Shown: in pieces, positions 1-9,542 of the stretch
Position numbering within the stretch: the first letter of the stretch is position 1
Layout of the letters: each line of letters starts with the position of its first letter
Source: a virus
Reading direction: 5' to 3' (one strand)
DNA: 64,000 bases
Virus record (IMG/VR): IMGVR_UViG_3300020463_000007
Span: 1-64,000 of that record
Made by a program: the position numbers and the translations under genes
Notes under the pieces: generated by a model
The model's input: only the letters and a program-made list of their open reading frames with translations
Told to the model about the DNA's origin: nothing
Database searches by the model: none

Positions 1-824
1 GCTGTTTTGTTTAAAGCCCCACCACCTGCTAGTGCTAAATTTTTACTACCTGTGCGTTTTTTAGCCCAACATTGTAACACGTCTACTGACGTTTCAAATA
101 TTGCTTGCACAGATGCCGCTAAGTCATTTAAGTCTTGTTCGGATTTAATTTCTGGTCGCCACCACATACAGCCTCTATGTAAGTTTTCTTTCATAATAAT
201 TTTTGGTATGCCTGGTGCAACATCTATTATATCCTGCATAATGATGTATTTAAATTTGTTAGGGTCGCCTTTTTGTGCCATCTGGGCTACTTTATATTCA
301 TCACGTTGTGGTGTTAAGCCTAATCTTTGTGTCATAGCACTATAGAATAATCCTAAACTATGCGGATACCCTTGACTGAATACTTTTTTTAATTTGTTAT
401 TTTTACCGTGCCATATAGTAAGGGTCTCAAATTCTCCGATACTATCTAAACAAATTACTGCACAATTATCATGAGGTTGCGTATAATAAGCATAGGCCGC
501 ATGACTCAAGTGGTGTTGGGTATACTTAATTGGTACATCAATCCCCCAACGTTGTAAATAATTTTCAATATTGTTTTCTTTCCATAACCAACCCTGACCG
601 GCTCTCCATTGACGTAGTGTCTTCAACCCAGGACGTTCATACCATTGTATTGATGAGGGTGGTCCAAAACTTTGTTTGGCTACTTCTATTTGTGTCCAAT
701 TAAAGTCTGGGTCATTAGGAACCTTTGAAAAATCTTTTGATAGGCTGGCCCATAATAGTTTATTGTCATCGAACACAGATAAACTAGCATCATGACTATT
801 GCCTACCATTCCCCAGTGAATCAT
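1..824 (-). CDS. Carbamoyltransferase (NodU/CmcH family), N-terminal part; runs off the window start
   Basis: Manually translated; not in the ORF track. MIHWGMVGNSHDASL...HHLSHAAYAYY...LDSIGE...SLGLFYSAMTQRLG...DEYKV...LALAGGGALN shows the HDAS, HHxxH, DxxGE and GGxALN Kae1-like motifs. Confidence 0.85.
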   Translation of the reverse strand, partial: MIHWGMVGNSHDASLSVFDDNKLLWASLSKDFSKVPNDPDFNWTQIEVAKQSFGPPSSIQWYERPGLKTLRQWRAGQGWLWKENNIENYLQRWGIDVPIKYTQHHLSHAAYAYYTQPHDNCAVICLDSIGEFETLTIWHGKNNKLKKVFSQGYPHSLGLFYSAMTQRLGLTPQRDEYKVAQMAQKGDPNKFKYIIMQDIIDVAPGIPKIIMKENLHRGCMWWRPEIKSEQDLNDLAASVQAIFETSVDVLQCWAKKRTGSKNLALAGGGALNKT

Positions 825-828
825 TATA

Positions 829-1062
829 TTACGCCTTAAATTTTTTCCATGCTTTGTGTAAGATATAAAACCATACTGAGTTTATAGCAGGTTCAACTAT
901 TGCGACTGCACCTGCTTCCCATATGCTTGCACCAGTAATTATACTTACAACTGTCATCGCTATAATAATGTGTCCAATAAAAAATATAATTGCAAGTGCT
1001 AAACTTTCATCTATCTTATTTCTCACTACATTAACTATGCCTTGTGTGAATTCTGTCATCAA
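829..1062 (-). CDS. Small membrane protein, DUF2061-like
   Basis: Two hydrophobic segments; AIVEPAINSVWFYILHKAW resembles DUF2061. Confidence 0.55.
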   Translation of the reverse strand: MMTEFTQGIVNVVRNKIDESLALAIIFFIGHIIIAMTVVSIITGASIWEAGAVAIVEPAINSVWFYILHKAWKKFKA

Positions 1063-1076
1063 TTTTAACCTCCTCC

Positions 1077-1220
1077 CTATTTGTAAATGTAAGGATCTTT
1101 TTTCTTTAGCTCCTTGATCTTTTGTTTATATTTTCTTTCTTCTTGATAGTCTTTGTATCTTTCAATCCAATATCTAATTGGAAATGATATGCTATACAAA
1201 AAATCTTTTAGATAAACCAT
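1077..1220 (-). CDS. 47-aa basic hypothetical protein
   Basis: Manually translated MVYLKDFLYS...KIKELKKKDPYIYK. Overlaps the primase stop and fills the gap exactly. Confidence 0.6.
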   Translation of the reverse strand: MVYLKDFLYSISFPIRYWIERYKDYQEERKYKQKIKELKKKDPYIYK

Positions 1221-2212
1221 TTCTTCTCCTTTAGTCTAATTTTTAAAGGACTTGTTTCTGCCGCACTAACAATTTTATGTAATGCATATAATCGTCCATG
1301 TTTATTAACTGCTTCCCCTATATCATTAATGTCATGATCCCAATCAGGCATAGAAACTCCCCAGCCCAAATCTATTGCTTCTTCAATTAATTTAGATCCT
1401 GCTTCGTCTCTATCTGGGACTACTATTACATCTTTATTTAATCTATTAATTAACATAGCTTGTTGATCTTTGACTTCGCTACCAAGTAATGCTACACCAT
1501 CAATATGTAATGCATCTAAAGGTCCTTCACATACTATAGTAAATACTTTGTTTGGGCTTTGTTGATCTAAGTTAAAAACATATCCTGGCTGTTGTTCACT
1601 TAGATATTTTGGATTTTTATTTGGTGTTACGGTCCTTGCAGTCCATCCAACAATCTTTTTCTCAAACAAAAAAGGTACAATTAGTCTATCTCTATATCCT
1701 AGCTCAGGTGTCCAATAATAGTCTGTGTCATCTATATTTAGATTACGGTGTTTCATATATTCAAATATCTTAACTAAATTAGAATCAACACCAGTTGGTT
1801 CTAATGCACAATAGTCTGCCCAATCTTGCAACTTCCTTACTGCTGGAGGCAATTGAACAGTATGAAAGTTAGGAAGGTCAACTAATTGTTTTTTAATTTG
1901 CACTCCTTCGTTTTCTTGCATAACCTGTAGTGCTAATTTATTAATTACATCATCTGGTGCATTCAACCATTTTAATAAATTTCTAAATTTATAAGATAGA
2001 TTACGGCCTGGTTGCCAGCTGGCCTTAAATCCGCAATTAAAACAATGATAGCTTACATTATCACCTTCTTGTATAATGCCGCCTCTTTGCCTTGTATCAA
2101 CAGATTGGCCATTATGCTGACAACACGGAGCATTGAAGGAGATCCAACCGCTAGGCGTTTTTTTACGCTTTGGCGGAAGATATGTCAGAACTGTCTCGGC
2201 TACAATACTCAT
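1208..2212 (-). CDS. DNA primase (T4 gp61-like)
   Basis: N-terminal Zn finger (CC...HCFNC) and TOPRIM motifs VCEGPLDA and VPDRDEAG. Confidence 0.85.
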   Translation of the reverse strand: MSIVAETVLTYLPPKRKKTPSGWISFNAPCCQHNGQSVDTRQRGGIIQEGDNVSYHCFNCGFKASWQPGRNLSYKFRNLLKWLNAPDDVINKLALQVMQENEGVQIKKQLVDLPNFHTVQLPPAVRKLQDWADYCALEPTGVDSNLVKIFEYMKHRNLNIDDTDYYWTPELGYRDRLIVPFLFEKKIVGWTARTVTPNKNPKYLSEQQPGYVFNLDQQSPNKVFTIVCEGPLDALHIDGVALLGSEVKDQQAMLINRLNKDVIVVPDRDEAGSKLIEEAIDLGWGVSMPDWDHDINDIGEAVNKHGRLYALHKIVSAAETSPLKIRLKEKKWFI

Positions 2213-2218
2213 AGTAAT

Positions 2219-2247
2219 ATTATAGCGTCTTATGCTAGTAAAGTCAA
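2219..2247 (-). promoter_or_regulatory. Sigma70-type promoter for primase
   Basis: TTGACT-N17-TATAAT; the -10 box ends about 6 nt before the ATG, so the transcript is probably leaderless. Confidence 0.75.
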
Positions 2248-3039
2248 CTAGTTTCTAACAAGTATTTTTGAAATTTTGCTTGTAGGGGAAGCTGTAGTTT
2301 TGAATCTTAAATGGCTAAACACACCATTAAAGTTTACAGGAATTGGAGTAGTTTCGGAACCTGTAAATGTTACAGTCGCTATATCACCCCAATGAGTTGA
2401 TTCTGTCACTGTGCTATCTAATGTGGCTTGAACTACTACATCTCCAATATATGAGCTTGTATATATTGATGCTGTGTGTAAAGCATCATTGCCATTTATA
2501 GCAGGTTCAGCTGTGCGTGATTCACTGTAGAATATAGAACTTTCTTCGTCAAACTGCTGGAATTGTGTAAAACTATATGAGTCTCTTGGACCAGGCATAG
2601 CATCTGAGATAATCTGTATAGTACCTGAATTTCCAAAGAAGCTATCTGAGTATGTTAATGTCTTGTCGCTGTTTGAGTCAACTAAATGTATATTGTAGCA
2701 AAGATACTGATCTTTTACATTTAAGAGGTCGTTTTCAGTAATTGTAACTGTACATAAGCCTCTAGTAGCTGCACTATCATCGCCAGATACAGCAGTAGCG
2801 TCATGCTCTATAATTAAACTTTTGTTTTCATCAAAGGCAGTAAATTTTACAGTATAACCACTAATTGACAATGGTTTCTGATCTGCATTTAATATTCTGA
2901 ATTGTAATTTATTATCTATATTTTTATATACTTTTATTTGTCTTTGGTACACTGGTTTATACTCCGTTATGAATCCTGACTCATTAGCTATGATTTGGAT
3001 TCTGTTATTGACTAAATATCTAGGTATTAGCTGCGACAT
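2248..3039 (-). CDS. Hypothetical, probably virion structural protein (BppU-like beta-sandwich)
   Basis: Beta-rich sequence; preceded by late-type motif GATAAATA at 3045-3052. Confidence 0.5.
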   Translation of the reverse strand: MSQLIPRYLVNNRIQIIANESGFITEYKPVYQRQIKVYKNIDNKLQFRILNADQKPLSISGYTVKFTAFDENKSLIIEHDATAVSGDDSAATRGLCTVTITENDLLNVKDQYLCYNIHLVDSNSDKTLTYSDSFFGNSGTIQIISDAMPGPRDSYSFTQFQQFDEESSIFYSESRTAEPAINGNDALHTASIYTSSYIGDVVVQATLDSTVTESTHWGDIATVTFTGSETTPIPVNFNGVFSHLRFKTTASPTSKISKILVRN

Positions 3040-3068
3040 GCAAGTATTTATCGGATAAAAAATTAATA

Positions 3069-3440
3069 ATGTTACTAAAAAATATTGAGAACGACTTTCC
3101 GTTTATAAGTGTGGCCACATATGGTGGTGTTGAATATGTTGGTATAATTGTAAATCAAGATCAATACGTTACTACAATGTACATATATAACGACCTTATA
3201 GACAATGAGCATAAGAAACAGTTTCTTGAACTAGGAGATATATGGTGGTGGGAGTCGAATAGAATGATTCCTATTAATATCTTTTTAAGAGCAGAGATGG
3301 AAAAATTTCAATACGCTTTAATGTCTATGAATTCTAAAGATGTCAAAATTACTATAGGCCCTGTAGTTAATTTAGGTAATTTATCTGTAAAAAGAATAAA
3401 ACGTAAATCAGTACAACTAGTTAGACGCCAGAAGAAGTAA
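3069..3440 (+). CDS. Hypothetical phage protein
   Basis: Clean 123-aa ORF divergent from the 2248 gene; WWWESNRMIPINIF motif. Confidence 0.7.
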   Translation: MLLKNIENDFPFISVATYGGVEYVGIIVNQDQYVTTMYIYNDLIDNEHKKQFLELGDIWWWESNRMIPINIFLRAEMEKFQYALMSMNSKDVKITIGPVVNLGNLSVKRIKRKSVQLVRRQKK

Positions 3441-3663
3441 CGTATTTAATATACCTATAATATATATAATCAAAAATTACTGTGTTAAAAAGAAGTCCTA
3501 ATGCTGTGAGTTGAAAACCAAACAGCAACGGTATGATCCAAAGATACAAAAACATTTTAATTATATAATCAACACCAAATTTTCTAGGTACTACATACGA
3601 AGACCAAGGACCAAGTTCTGGTTCTTTTTTTGGCTTTCTATAATCTTCAACTTCATAGTTCAT
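3421..3663 (-). CDS. Small membrane protein
   Basis: Hydrophobic C-terminal half; overlaps the upstream zf-CHCC gene. Confidence 0.55.
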   Translation of the reverse strand: MNYEVEDYRKPKKEPELGPWSSYVVPRKFGVDYIIKMFLYLWIIPLLFGFQLTALGLLFNTVIFDYIYYRYIKYVTSSGV

Positions 3664-3835
3664 CTTTAGCCTTTCTTACAAATTTTATATCACAATAATT
3701 GCATTTTACATAGCCTTGTTCAGGCACTGAATAGTATACTTTTGGATGGTCCATATCTTCTCCCATACACCATACTCTTTCAGAGTCAACATATACTATT
3801 GTTTCAGGATACTCTACTGGCATTATTTCATCCAT
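3653..3835 (-). CDS. zf-CHCC zinc-finger protein (NDUFS6/NUMM-like)
   Basis: [15 protein letters not shown]...[10 protein letters not shown] matches the C-x-G...HP-x-VY...CxYC signature. Confidence 0.85.
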   Translation of the reverse strand: MDEIMPVEYPETIVYVDSERVWCMGEDMDHPKVYYSVPEQGYVKCNYCDIKFVRKAKDEL

Positions 3836-5109
3836 GAAAATACTGATTTAATTTTACCTTGTTCTTTCCATTCTAAGTATTCGTGAATGGAGTTCGGCAT
3901 AGGCCTAGGTTTTTCAAGCACACTATTCAACGGCACTATAACTAAAAAATATAGAAACCAATATGCAGTTCCAATTCTTCCAAGAGTTACATACAATCCT
4001 TCAGCTGGCATTGCACCTACATATGTAAGCATCATAAAGTTTAATATAAAAATAATAAACCATTGTCTGTGCATTGGTCTGAATATACAACTTCTTATTT
4101 TACTTCTATCTAACCAAGGAAGTAATCCTAGTATTCCTATTGCACTAACCATTGCAATAACTCCACCTAACTTATCTGGTATTGCTCGTAATATTGCATA
4201 AAAAGGTAAGAAGTACCATTCAGGTACAATGTGTGCTGGAGTTACTAATGGATTGGCAGGAATATAATTATCTGGGTGTCCTAACACATTAGGCACAAAG
4301 AAAACAAACGCGGCGAATATTGTAAAAAATACTGCCATCATGTATAAATCTTTTGCAGTAGTATAAGGATGGAAACTTACTGTGTCTCTTGTGTCTTTAG
4401 GTTCGATGCCTGATGGATTATTTGATCCTACTATATGTAATGCAATCACATGTAGTATTACAATACCTAAAATCACAAATGCTAATAGCCAGTGTAATAC
4501 ATAGAATCTATTAACAGTCGGATCATCAACTGAGTATCCTCCCCATAACCATTGTACTATTGGTTCTCCCACTAGTGGTATTGCACTGAATAAGTTTGTT
4601 ATAACTGTTGCACCCCACAAGCTCATTTGTCCCCAAGGCAACGTGTAACCTAAGAATGCCGTTGCAGTCATTAAGAAAAATATTATTATTCCTATAAGCC
4701 ACATAATCTGTCTTGGATCTTTATAAGACCCAAAGTACATGGCTCTAAATATATGCAAGTAAACTGCTATAAAAAAGAATGATGCAAGATTCATATGCAT
4801 ATATCTTAATAGCCATCCAAAGTTGACATCTCTCATAATATGTTCTACACTTACAAAGGCTTTCTCTGCATCAGGCTTGTAGTGCATGCCTAATGTTAGT
4901 CCTGTTATTATAAGTCCTAACAAACAGAACATTAGGATTCCTCCAAAACTCCAAAAGTAATTTAAACTTCTTGGAACTTGAAAATCTAAATATTCATATT
5001 TGAGCATACGGAATATTGGTAGTCTATCGTCTACCCAACCAAGCACTCCTGTAAACGGGGAGCCTCCTACTTTGTTTGTTTTTACTGGTTTATAATTTTT
5101 CTCAGCCAT
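3823..5109 (-). CDS. petB: Cytochrome b of the bc1 complex
   Basis: Four heme-ligand His (RYMH...YLH; VLH...ILH), LPWGQMSxWGATVIT, and the Qo motif [10 protein letters not shown]; 428 aa. Confidence 0.97.
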   Translation of the reverse strand: MAEKNYKPVKTNKVGGSPFTGVLGWVDDRLPIFRMLKYEYLDFQVPRSLNYFWSFGGILMFCLLGLIITGLTLGMHYKPDAEKAFVSVEHIMRDVNFGWLLRYMHMNLASFFFIAVYLHIFRAMYFGSYKDPRQIMWLIGIIIFFLMTATAFLGYTLPWGQMSLWGATVITNLFSAIPLVGEPIVQWLWGGYSVDDPTVNRFYVLHWLLAFVILGIVILHVIALHIVGSNNPSGIEPKDTRDTVSFHPYTTAKDLYMMAVFFTIFAAFVFFVPNVLGHPDNYIPANPLVTPAHIVPEWYFLPFYAILRAIPDKLGGVIAMVSAIGILGLLPWLDRSKIRSCIFRPMHRQWFIIFILNFMMLTYVGAMPAEGLYVTLGRIGTAYWFLYFLVIVPLNSVLEKPRPMPNSIHEYLEWKEQGKIKSVFSWMK

Positions 5110-5119
5110 ACTCTTCCTT

Positions 5120-5815
5120 CTATCTATTATTCCATTCTTCTTTATCTAATATAATATACCAAGCACGATACGGCTTGGCCATAGAATTATTTCTTAATCT
5201 ATCTTTACCTGATCTATTCTTTTCCGGCCACCATAAGAAAGGATGAACACTTTCAGGAAAGACTTTTTTATTTGCTAAACTACCCCAATTTGTTTTCCAA
5301 AATAACCTATTACAATATTGAAATACATCATCTAAAAAATATTCATAATCAAATAATACGTCTGGATATTTGTTTTCATACCCCATAGGTAACTCTTCTC
5401 GATCAAATACTGACCTTGTTATAGTAATCATATCATATTGCTTTGGCAACACTATAGGTTTTTTATTTTTTATTTCTAACAAGTGCCTTGGCGTTCTCAT
5501 CTTAGCAAACATCTGTTGGTATAGTCCACCGTCGAAAGTTGCTTCAACGTCAGTAGCTTCTACTTCTATACTGTACCAGTAATTTAACAGTACTCCTAAA
5601 AGTCCTACACCTGCTCCGATATCGCATACAGATTTTACATCCTCTAGATCCATATGCTGTATACAAAATTGTTTTTCGTTATAGTAGTTCCAAAAGTTTT
5701 TTGAATACTTGTAGCCTTCTTCGTATATAGTTTTACCTGTTTTGTCTCTTGATTTTTGAACTTCTAGCTCATCTAAAAATTTTCTAAACTTTTCTATGTT
5801 CATCCAACTGCTCAC
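5120..5815 (-). CDS. Class I SAM-dependent methyltransferase-like protein
   Basis: Motif [10 protein letters not shown] followed by acidic EATDVE; the start may be at 5803. Confidence 0.65.
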   Translation of the reverse strand: MSSWMNIEKFRKFLDELEVQKSRDKTGKTIYEEGYKYSKNFWNYYNEKQFCIQHMDLEDVKSVCDIGAGVGLLGVLLNYWYSIEVEATDVEATFDGGLYQQMFAKMRTPRHLLEIKNKKPIVLPKQYDMITITRSVFDREELPMGYENKYPDVLFDYEYFLDDVFQYCNRLFWKTNWGSLANKKVFPESVHPFLWWPEKNRSGKDRLRNNSMAKPYRAWYIILDKEEWNNR

Positions 5816-6356
5816 ATAATAAATTTATATGTACTACGACACCAACTGCGTATGCTACTGCGTGTGCTTTCTTAAAATAGTATTCACCGTCTTTTGGTTT
5901 TATCCATACTTCTTTCATTATCGTTGACCACGGTTTGTTTGCTAGATATCTTTTCGCTGGTCTTATGATCGCTAAAGTTGCTGCCAATTGTTCTACCGAA
6001 GTAGGTTTCAATTGCCTTAAGAGTTCGTCGTGCCCGCTCAGATGAAATACTTTTTCTACGAAGTCTTTGTGTTCCAAAAGTTCCCATATTGGTTTCCTTT
6101 CCATTAATGTCTGTAGGTGGGTTTCATCTTTAATGTCTTTGTATATACTGACATTAAGAAAGTCTAACTTAAAGTACCCGCGATCTTCGGCGTCTTTATA
6201 GTTTATTGTTGATAAATTGTCTACAGGATTATGGGGGATCTCTGTGACATAAATTCCTGTGTTATGTTTTTTATTAGTATCTAACTTAGCTACTCTATGA
6301 TCTATCATAGAAAGTATCATTTCTCTATCAGCAAAGTCTATATCAATATCAGGCAT
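5784..6356 (-). CDS. Miniature/split DNA polymerase III alpha (DnaE-like) catalytic core
   Basis: PDIDIDF, HNTG, GYFKLDFL, LAIIRP and YFKKAHAVAY motifs within 190 aa. Confidence 0.85.
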   Translation of the reverse strand: MPDIDIDFADREMILSMIDHRVAKLDTNKKHNTGIYVTEIPHNPVDNLSTINYKDAEDRGYFKLDFLNVSIYKDIKDETHLQTLMERKPIWELLEHKDFVEKVFHLSGHDELLRQLKPTSVEQLAATLAIIRPAKRYLANKPWSTIMKEVWIKPKDGEYYFKKAHAVAYAVGVVVHINLLCEQLDEHRKV

Positions 6357-6507
6357 TTAATTTTTCCTTGCATTTCTTTCCATGTTCTTTATTATAATCA
6401 TATTCACTAACTTGTTTTTTGCACACTTCACAGGTATGATCTTTCCATTCTTTACGCCTGCGTTTTAGTTCAGCCCAATATTTAGGATGCCTAAACTCAT
6501 GTGCCAT
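6349..6507 (-). CDS. 52-aa zinc-finger protein
   Basis: Manually translated MAHEFRHPKYW...CEVCKK...EHGKKCKEKLNA; overlaps both neighbours. Confidence 0.6.
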   Translation of the reverse strand: MAHEFRHPKYWAELKRRRKEWKDHTCEVCKKQVSEYDYNKEHGKKCKEKLNA

Positions 6508-6997
6508 TTTTACCTTTCAATTTTGTTGCTTTCTTTTTAGCCATATCCCATTTTAATTTTGATACTCTATCTTTAAAAGTAATGCCCTGTAAATGATCCC
6601 ACTCGTGTAGAAAGCATTTTGCTGAGTACCCTGATATCTTAGTACTTACCTCTTTTAAATTTTCATCATACCATTTTGCGAGTATTTCTTTTGGCCGTGT
6701 AACCTTTACGAATATATTAGGAAAACTTAGACATCCTTCTATGTCTTGTGTTGTATCTTCTGTGTGTTGTAGTATAACTGGATTAATTACAAGTATAGAA
6801 TTTTCTTTTGTATCGCCCATTACAAATACTTGTGCATCCATACCGATTTGACTTGCACTTAATCCTATGCCATTATTTTCCAGCATAAAGTTAATCATAT
6901 TTTCTTTAAGTTCTTTAGGATCAAAAGATGGATTTTTAATATCTACATCTGTTAATTTTTTTTCTAAAAACTCATCTGGGTGATATATTAATTTCAT
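6497..6997 (-). CDS. def: Peptide deformylase
   Basis: GIGLSASQIG, EGCLS and HEWDH motifs. Confidence 0.95.
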   Translation of the reverse strand: MKLIYHPDEFLEKKLTDVDIKNPSFDPKELKENMINFMLENNGIGLSASQIGMDAQVFVMGDTKENSILVINPVILQHTEDTTQDIEGCLSFPNIFVKVTRPKEILAKWYDENLKEVSTKISGYSAKCFLHEWDHLQGITFKDRVSKLKWDMAKKKATKLKGKNGT

Positions 6998-7683
6998 AAA
7001 TTACTTTCCCTTACTACTTCCTTGACTGTATCAACATCATTTGTTTGTCTTTTAAATCGCCTAGCCCAATGCTGTGGATCCATTATATTAAATATTATTT
7101 CTAATTGTTCATCATTAAATTTGTTCATCATTTCTTTACCCGATTTACAATTTAATATTAGCCAAGGACTTATTTTGCCATCTTTAATATGATATATTGC
7201 TCTGTTTAAACTTACATAGGCAAAGTAATGATTCCATACACTATTATTTTCATCAGCCCAATCCATCATAGTCATTATACTACGTTCTAAAGCAGTCTGA
7301 ACTCCTTCTTTTTTAATTAGCTCTAATGCATATTTTTCATACATTTCTTCTCTACACCAGTGATCAAGTTTAACTCCAGAAGTAACCACATAGTCGATAT
7401 ATTTTTCTGGATATAAAGGTCGAACATTGTTTATAAAACTTCCAAACTTTACAAAAGCATTGTAATAAGGACTTTTATCAAATTCGTTATGTGTTTTTTC
7501 TTTTTTAGCACCTGCACTTAATTTATAAAATTGATTGAAAGCATATAGCCCCAATTGGACACGCTTTTCGCTTCTTTGTAAAAAACGTCTTTTAGGTTCA
7601 CACATATGTACTGCAAGAGTTTTCTCTCGCATAAAGCCAGCTCCACAATATTCACATACATATGGTTTTTCAGAACTTTGCAT
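6994..7683 (-). CDS. Hypothetical protein with N-terminal C2H2-like zinc finger
   Basis: YVCEYCG...F...L..HMC; start taken at MQSSEK, overlapping the upstream stop. Confidence 0.7.
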   Translation of the reverse strand: MQSSEKPYVCEYCGAGFMREKTLAVHMCEPKRRFLQRSEKRVQLGLYAFNQFYKLSAGAKKEKTHNEFDKSPYYNAFVKFGSFINNVRPLYPEKYIDYVVTSGVKLDHWCREEMYEKYALELIKKEGVQTALERSIMTMMDWADENNSVWNHYFAYVSLNRAIYHIKDGKISPWLILNCKSGKEMMNKFNDEQLEIIFNIMDPQHWARRFKRQTNDVDTVKEVVRESNL

Positions 7684-8143
7684 TCTCAATCCCATGTTGT
7701 TCTGCGAGTTCTTTAAGTTCTTCTCTTGTAGATATTTCAGCAAGTAACTCAACCTCTTTTTGTTTCATGTTTGGATATAATTGTTCTAAAAATTTTAACA
7801 CAGCATTGTTGTTTGTTCCAGGTTTTCTTTTAAATCCTATATATGGATGAAACTTTATTTTACCCCATGCACCACTTATACATAACAGTTGCCACATTAG
7901 TTCTTGATGTCCATTTTCTCTGCCTACACCAATGGTATTAAAGTGTTTATTGTAGTATTCATTTGTTTTGAATACTGCGAGCTCCATTTCTTCTCTAGAC
8001 CCTTGTACGGCGCTTATATAGCGATTAAGAAGCCAAAAAGACACCTGTTTACGTTCTTCAACAGAAAGTTCTTTCCATACACTTTTGGCATTCATATCAA
8101 TAGCGGCTAGTATGTCTTTTATTGGGAGTTTCTGCGATGCCAT
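7670..8143 (-). CDS. Clamp-loader small subunit (T4 gp62-like)
   Basis: FWLLNRYIS and helical C-terminus resemble gp62; replication-gene context. Confidence 0.55.
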   Translation of the reverse strand: MASQKLPIKDILAAIDMNAKSVWKELSVEERKQVSFWLLNRYISAVQGSREEMELAVFKTNEYYNKHFNTIGVGRENGHQELMWQLLCISGAWGKIKFHPYIGFKRKPGTNNNAVLKFLEQLYPNMKQKEVELLAEISTREELKELAEQHGIENAKF

Positions 8144-8820
8144 TCTTTAAGTTCCTCTGGAGTATTAATTTCCATACCGTTGAATTCTACTTCAAACACA
8201 GATATACCATATCCATTTTGTAGCCATCTCAGTTGTTCTAATTTTTCAATTTCTTCTTCTTCAAACTGTGTCAAACTTCTGTATGCCTTAAGTGATCTTT
8301 TTGAATATCCGTAAACACCTAGATGGTGTACACCATAATTTAAACCTGCTCTACAAAACCAATGTGCTTCATTTTCTGTATGTATAAGTTTAACACTATT
8401 AGGATCTTTTTGCAAGTCCTTATTCATTTTTGTGTAAACTGTGACAACGTCGTTACCACTTATTGTAAGTCCATGTGCTACAGTTTTAATTATATCTAAT
8501 GACACATCTGGCATGTCTCCCTGAACATTTATTACTCCATCATAAGAGTCTAGTTTAGGAAACCCTGCACATCTTTCTGTACCATTATCATAATAGTCCT
8601 GCATATAAAAACAATTACCATCTGGAAATAAACTATGCACTCTTTTGCTATCAGTTAAAACATACGTATCTATATTAGATTGTTTACAAATATCGTATAC
8701 TCTTTTTACCATAGGCTTATCATGTAATAACGCAATAGGTTTCTCTGGAAACCTAGTACTTGCCATCCTTGCAGGTATACATATTGCAAGATTCAAATTC
8801 ATAACACTCCCATATACCAT
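8119..8820 (-). CDS. kdsB: CMP-Kdo synthetase
   Basis: IPARMASTRFPEKP, GTERC, INVQGDMP, HLGVYGY and EKLEQLRWL motifs. Confidence 0.92.
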   Translation of the reverse strand: MVYGSVMNLNLAICIPARMASTRFPEKPIALLHDKPMVKRVYDICKQSNIDTYVLTDSKRVHSLFPDGNCFYMQDYYDNGTERCAGFPKLDSYDGVINVQGDMPDVSLDIIKTVAHGLTISGNDVVTVYTKMNKDLQKDPNSVKLIHTENEAHWFCRAGLNYGVHHLGVYGYSKRSLKAYRSLTQFEEEEIEKLEQLRWLQNGYGISVFEVEFNGMEINTPEELKEWHRRNSQ

Positions 8821-9065
8821 TTGCCTATACCAACTGCAAATATAAACATGGCAACACTATTAATAAAAATTAAAGCTCTGTCATGCCATAACATTCCTAC
8901 TATGCCCCAACCCATCACACCAAAGAAGTGTAGTATTAAGTTCCAAGGTTCCATACCAGTAATACTTGTAAGTACCATACCCATAAGTATTATTACACTA
9001 GCTGACCATTTTACATACCAACTTAGATCTCCTTTTGGAGTAACCTTTTTTAATTCAGTTGTCAT
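8799..9065 (-). CDS. DUF6552-like small membrane protein
   Basis: KVTPKGDLSWYVKW...GMLWHDRALIFIN; start taken at MTTELK. Confidence 0.65.
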   Translation of the reverse strand: MTTELKKVTPKGDLSWYVKWSASVIILMGMVLTSITGMEPWNLILHFFGVMGWGIVGMLWHDRALIFINSVAMFIFAVGIGKWYMGVL

Positions 9066-9289
9066 GTCTCTAAGTCTTCCCACTCTTGTTCGTCCTCTTT
9101 GTAAAAATCTGGGCATCCATCATCTGTGCAATAATTTGGATCTACTTTTTCTATTCCTGATGTATCGCCTGATCCTAGTGCTTTAAAGAATTCACTTATT
9201 GTATTGGTCTTTTCTTTAGTAGCTTGACAAGCAGTCAATGTCATTAAAATTGTTGCAATTATTATTTTATTCTTTAAGTTCTTCTGCAT
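9062..9289 (-). CDS. Putative lipoprotein
   Basis: Basic N-terminus, hydrophobic stretch, and lipobox LTAC. Confidence 0.6.
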   Translation of the reverse strand: MQKNLKNKIIIATILMTLTACQATKEKTNTISEFFKALGSGDTSGIEKVDPNYCTDDGCPDFYKEDEQEWEDLET

Positions 9290-9542
9290 CTTTTATAGTA
9301 TAGTACATTATTATTAATCTGTCAAGTTGTTTTTTAAATGCTTGATTTGTTTTGGCTATTGATATCATATGTCGCCATTCTGCATGAGAAAATAAATCTC
9401 CTTGTGCTCTAGCAACTCCCTCAGGACTACCTCCAACTATCCATCTTGGTATTTTGTTGTGAGGCGCATCTCTATATCGAGCGAAAACCACACCGTCAGC
9501 TCTTTCATATATTAATGCCTCTCCTTTTAGGAGAGTTCCCAT
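9267..9542 (-). CDS. Hypothetical phage protein
   Basis: Tightly packed ORF with LIYERADGVVFAR. Confidence 0.6.
   Translation of the reverse strand: MGTLLKGEALIYERADGVVFARYRDAPHNKIPRWIVGGSPEGVARAQGDLFSHAEWRHMISIAKTNQAFKKQLDRLIIMYYTIKDAEELKE

Noticed and set aside
7-345. Plus-strand 112-aa ORF, and the many other short antisense ORFs in the track (e.g. 11970-12410, 22089-22526, 54205-54708)
   Set aside because: They are shadows of well-supported genes on the opposite strand and show no motifs or RBS.
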